From contig KV454011.1 of assembly GCA_001661245.1 (NCBI GenBank), forward strand, positions 1,962,041-2,026,040: a stretch of DNA of 64,000 nt, read 5' to 3'. The position numbers and the translations under genes were made by a program. The first letter of the stretch is position 1. Each line of letters opens with the position of its first letter. Below, in pieces: positions 61,308 through 64,000 of the stretch. The notes beneath the pieces were generated by a model. It saw only the letters and a list, made by a program, of their open reading frames with translations, was not told the DNA's origin and made no database searches. Source of the DNA: Pachysolen tannophilus NRRL Y-2460 (lineage: Eukaryota).

Positions 61308-62204
61308 CTAAACCAAAACCATTTCCTCATTTAATAAATTTCTCTCAATGACAAATTTATCAATCTTATATTCCTCTCTTTCATTATCTGTCTTAACATA
61401 TTTCCATCCTAAGTTGTAACCACATTGTTTACAATTCAAATCACAAACTTCGTAAGAACCAGTAATCATTTCTTTTTTCTCCAACATTCCCAATTTACAA
61501 TTAATGATTTTATCCACCAAAAAAGCTGGACCTGATTTACCTCTAAAGTTATCACTTATAACTAAAGTTGATAAACAAATATGATTATGACAATTTTTAC
61601 ACGTGTACAATGTCTTGATAAAACTATTGCTTCTGCCAATCCCATTTCCAGAACCATATGGTGGGGACTTAATTGTGGCAATCAGTGCGGCCGCTGCCAG
61701 GGCAGATGCTGCAGAACTAGCTGCAGAACTGGCCCCAGAGCTGACCCCAGAGACGGAACCTGGGACGGAACCTTGAGCGGAAAGCTGGGCGGAACCGTGG
61801 GCGGAAACCGCAAAAGCAGAACTCCTACTACTGCCGCCACTTTCTTCCGCGGAAATAGCGGTTAAAGTACTTGAATCTCTATCCCCATTCGGCATCTCTT
61901 CATCTTCATATTCGCCATCAGTGGTATATTCTTTAATCTGATCACAACTTCTATTCCGCAGATAAAAAGTAGTGACTATATAACAGTTATTAAGTGTTTT
62001 GTACATTTGCTCCACCTTATAAATATTGCTTCTATCTGTAAAATAATCATTATCATCATCATCATCATCATCATCTATTAGGGTCTTTGATGACGATGAG
62101 CTAAAAGTCCTCTTATCCTTTTTCTTATTCTTATTCTCAATCAATATATCGTTTGAAGTACGTAAAGCAGTGGTCTTGAAGCAATCCGGGTATAGCAAGC
62201 CCAT
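61308..62204 (-). CDS. MOH1: Yippee-family zinc-binding protein, Moh1-like
   Basis: MGL start; C-terminal YTCKNC...SDNFRGKSGPAFL...MITGSYEVCDLNCKQC...LGWKY...YK..KFVIE. Confidence 0.85.
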   Translation of the reverse strand: MGLLYPDCFKTTALRTSNDILIENKNKKKDKRTFSSSSSKTLIDDDDDDDDNDYFTDRSNIYKVEQMYKTLNNCYIVTTFYLRNRSCDQIKEYTTDGEYEDEEMPNGDRDSSTLTAISAEESGGSSRSSAFAVSAHGSAQLSAQGSVPGSVSGVSSGASSAASSAASALAAAALIATIKSPPYGSGNGIGRSNSFIKTLYTCKNCHNHICLSTLVISDNFRGKSGPAFLVDKIINCKLGMLEKKEMITGSYEVCDLNCKQCGYNLGWKYVKTDNEREEYKIDKFVIERNLLNEEMVLV

Positions 62205-62775
62205 ACTCGTGGTTCTTAAAAATCACTTATCCAAATCAATCTCAATCAAAAATGATAAATTATCCAATCGACTATAGGCGCTTAAGGGTATCTCTTATCT
62301 ACTTATATTTTCAATGTCTCCAATGTTTCTTTTTTACAACTAATTAATCTTCTTAAAATGATATTTACTTGTATTCATACTTATAATATAATAATAATAA
62401 TTACTCAATTACTCACACTTTAACCGTTTTGCCTTAAAACAGTAAGAAATTTTTAAGAAAAAAACAAATTAACCGAAAACGGAAATTTGCCCTAAAATAA
62501 AAATAATGTTCCCAAACGGGTAATAATTACAAATATGAAATAAAAAAAAAAAAAAAGATATTTCCAAATCGGGTATTAATTTTGTGAAAAACCCAAATCT
62601 AGACCTAGTTGCTGTTTCAAGTAACTTGTGATTTGTAATTTCTTTCAGATTTCCTTTTTGAGATGATAAGAGAAAACTTTTTTCCTATTATGGAAATTAT
62701 AACCGTTTCCATACATTTCTTTACCAGTTAAAAGTAAGATGAATGGTAAAGCAAACATGTATATAAGTATATAAG

Positions 62776-62807
<32 letters not shown>

Positions 62808-62866
62808 TGGAAATAATTTCAGTTGAAATATTTAGATCTGAGAAGATCAATTGAGTTTGTTTGAGC

Positions 62867-63739
62867 ATGAGTTTTACTGTTAATAAGGAAATTGCCACTT
62901 TTGGTGGTAAATTGTTGAAACTATCTCATGAGTCCAAGGCTACTAATACCAAGATGGATGTTAATGTGTACTTACCGGCTCAATACGAGAACGATCCATC
63001 TGCTACTAAGATTCCTGTTTTACTTTATTTATCAGGACTTGAATGTACTCCAAATAATGCTTCGGAAAAGGCTTTTTGGCAACCATTTGCTAACAAGTAC
63101 GGTTTTGCTGTAGTTTTCCCAGACACTTCTCCAAGAGGTGCTAATGTCGAAGGTGAAGATGAAACTTGGTATTTAGGTACTGCAGCTTCATTCTATGTTG
63201 ATTCTACAACTTCTAAATGGTCCAAGAATTATAAAATGTACTCATATATTAATGATGAATTGCAATCGGAATTGGCAAGTTATTTGACCAAGTTAGATTT
63301 CAATAATATTTCGATTTCTGGTCACTCAATGGGTGGTTATGGTGCTTTAATGATTTTCTTGAAGAATCCTTCAAAATATAAAACAGTTTCTGCTTTTTCA
63401 CCAGTGGCAAATGTTCATGATAATAAATGGTCCGAATTATGTTTTGCTAATTATCTCGGTCAAGAAAAATCAAGTTGGGACCAGTACGATATTTTAAAAT
63501 TGATTAAATCGTATAATGGACCAACACCTGAAATTTTAATCCATCTTGGTACGAAGGATCCTTTCTTGAATGAATTGAAATCCAAATTGATCTTGGATGC
63601 TTCGAAAGGCACAAAATTTGAAGGAAAAGTTGATTACAATTTTGTAGAAGGTTACGACCATTCTTATTACTATGTTTCTTCGTTTGTTGATGAACATGCT
63701 AAACATCATGCAAAGTATTTAGGCTTGGCTGATAACTGA
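62867..63739 (+). CDS. FGH1: S-formylglutathione hydrolase (esterase D family, YJL068C-like)
   Basis: YLSGLECTPNNASEKA, VFPDTSPRG, GHSMGG nucleophile elbow, GYDHSYYYVSSF. First ATG at 62867. Confidence 0.95.
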   Translation: MSFTVNKEIATFGGKLLKLSHESKATNTKMDVNVYLPAQYENDPSATKIPVLLYLSGLECTPNNASEKAFWQPFANKYGFAVVFPDTSPRGANVEGEDETWYLGTAASFYVDSTTSKWSKNYKMYSYINDELQSELASYLTKLDFNNISISGHSMGGYGALMIFLKNPSKYKTVSAFSPVANVHDNKWSELCFANYLGQEKSSWDQYDILKLIKSYNGPTPEILIHLGTKDPFLNELKSKLILDASKGTKFEGKVDYNFVEGYDHSYYYVSSFVDEHAKHHAKYLGLADN

Positions 63740-64000
63740 CTAACAGCTGCTGATATTCCAATTCCACATCTTTGAAAAATAAATCTACAACCAAAACCAC
63801 TATATATATGTATTTCGAATTTTTTTTTTTTTTATTGAAAGAATTTTTGTTAAATATTTTCTCCAAAAATAAAAGGAATATCATCTCCATATGTAACTTC
63901 TCCAACTCTTGTAACCGTATCAATTCTAACCTTATCACTATTAATGGAATTTGTTTTAAGCAAATTATTTAAAATATTACCAACCTTTTGATGCTTTTCC

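Overview
AT-rich budding-yeast (Saccharomycotina) chromosome segment with about 22 protein genes, three short introns that the ORF track misses, and one scaffold gap. I saw no tRNA, rRNA, transposon or CRISPR. Gene order: FKS-family glucan synthase (5' part), YCR061W/Ytp1-family, RCF2, PSH1, DYN1, PET111-like, ROY1, COX7, URC2-like, TAF8, MCD1/SCC1 (in two pieces), YTA7, ECM29, UBI4, ENT4, PRP19, ANP1, NOP13, TDA7-like, OCA5, MOH1, S-formylglutathione hydrolase. Names come from recalled motifs and synteny, not database searches. Three things stand out. (1) The cohesin kleisin MCD1/SCC1 is split into two divergent intact ORFs by a ~785 bp inversion. Its breakpoint falls inside a separase-type site (DISV|EIGR), and reversing the segment restores a 511-aa gene with its MCB element upstream. 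(2) CTG codons sit at alanine positions, pointing to the CUG-Ala code of Pachysolen/Nakazawaea-type yeasts, so the supplied translations are probably wrong at CTG. (3) The TDA7-like ORF has no in-frame AUG before its transmembrane helix.
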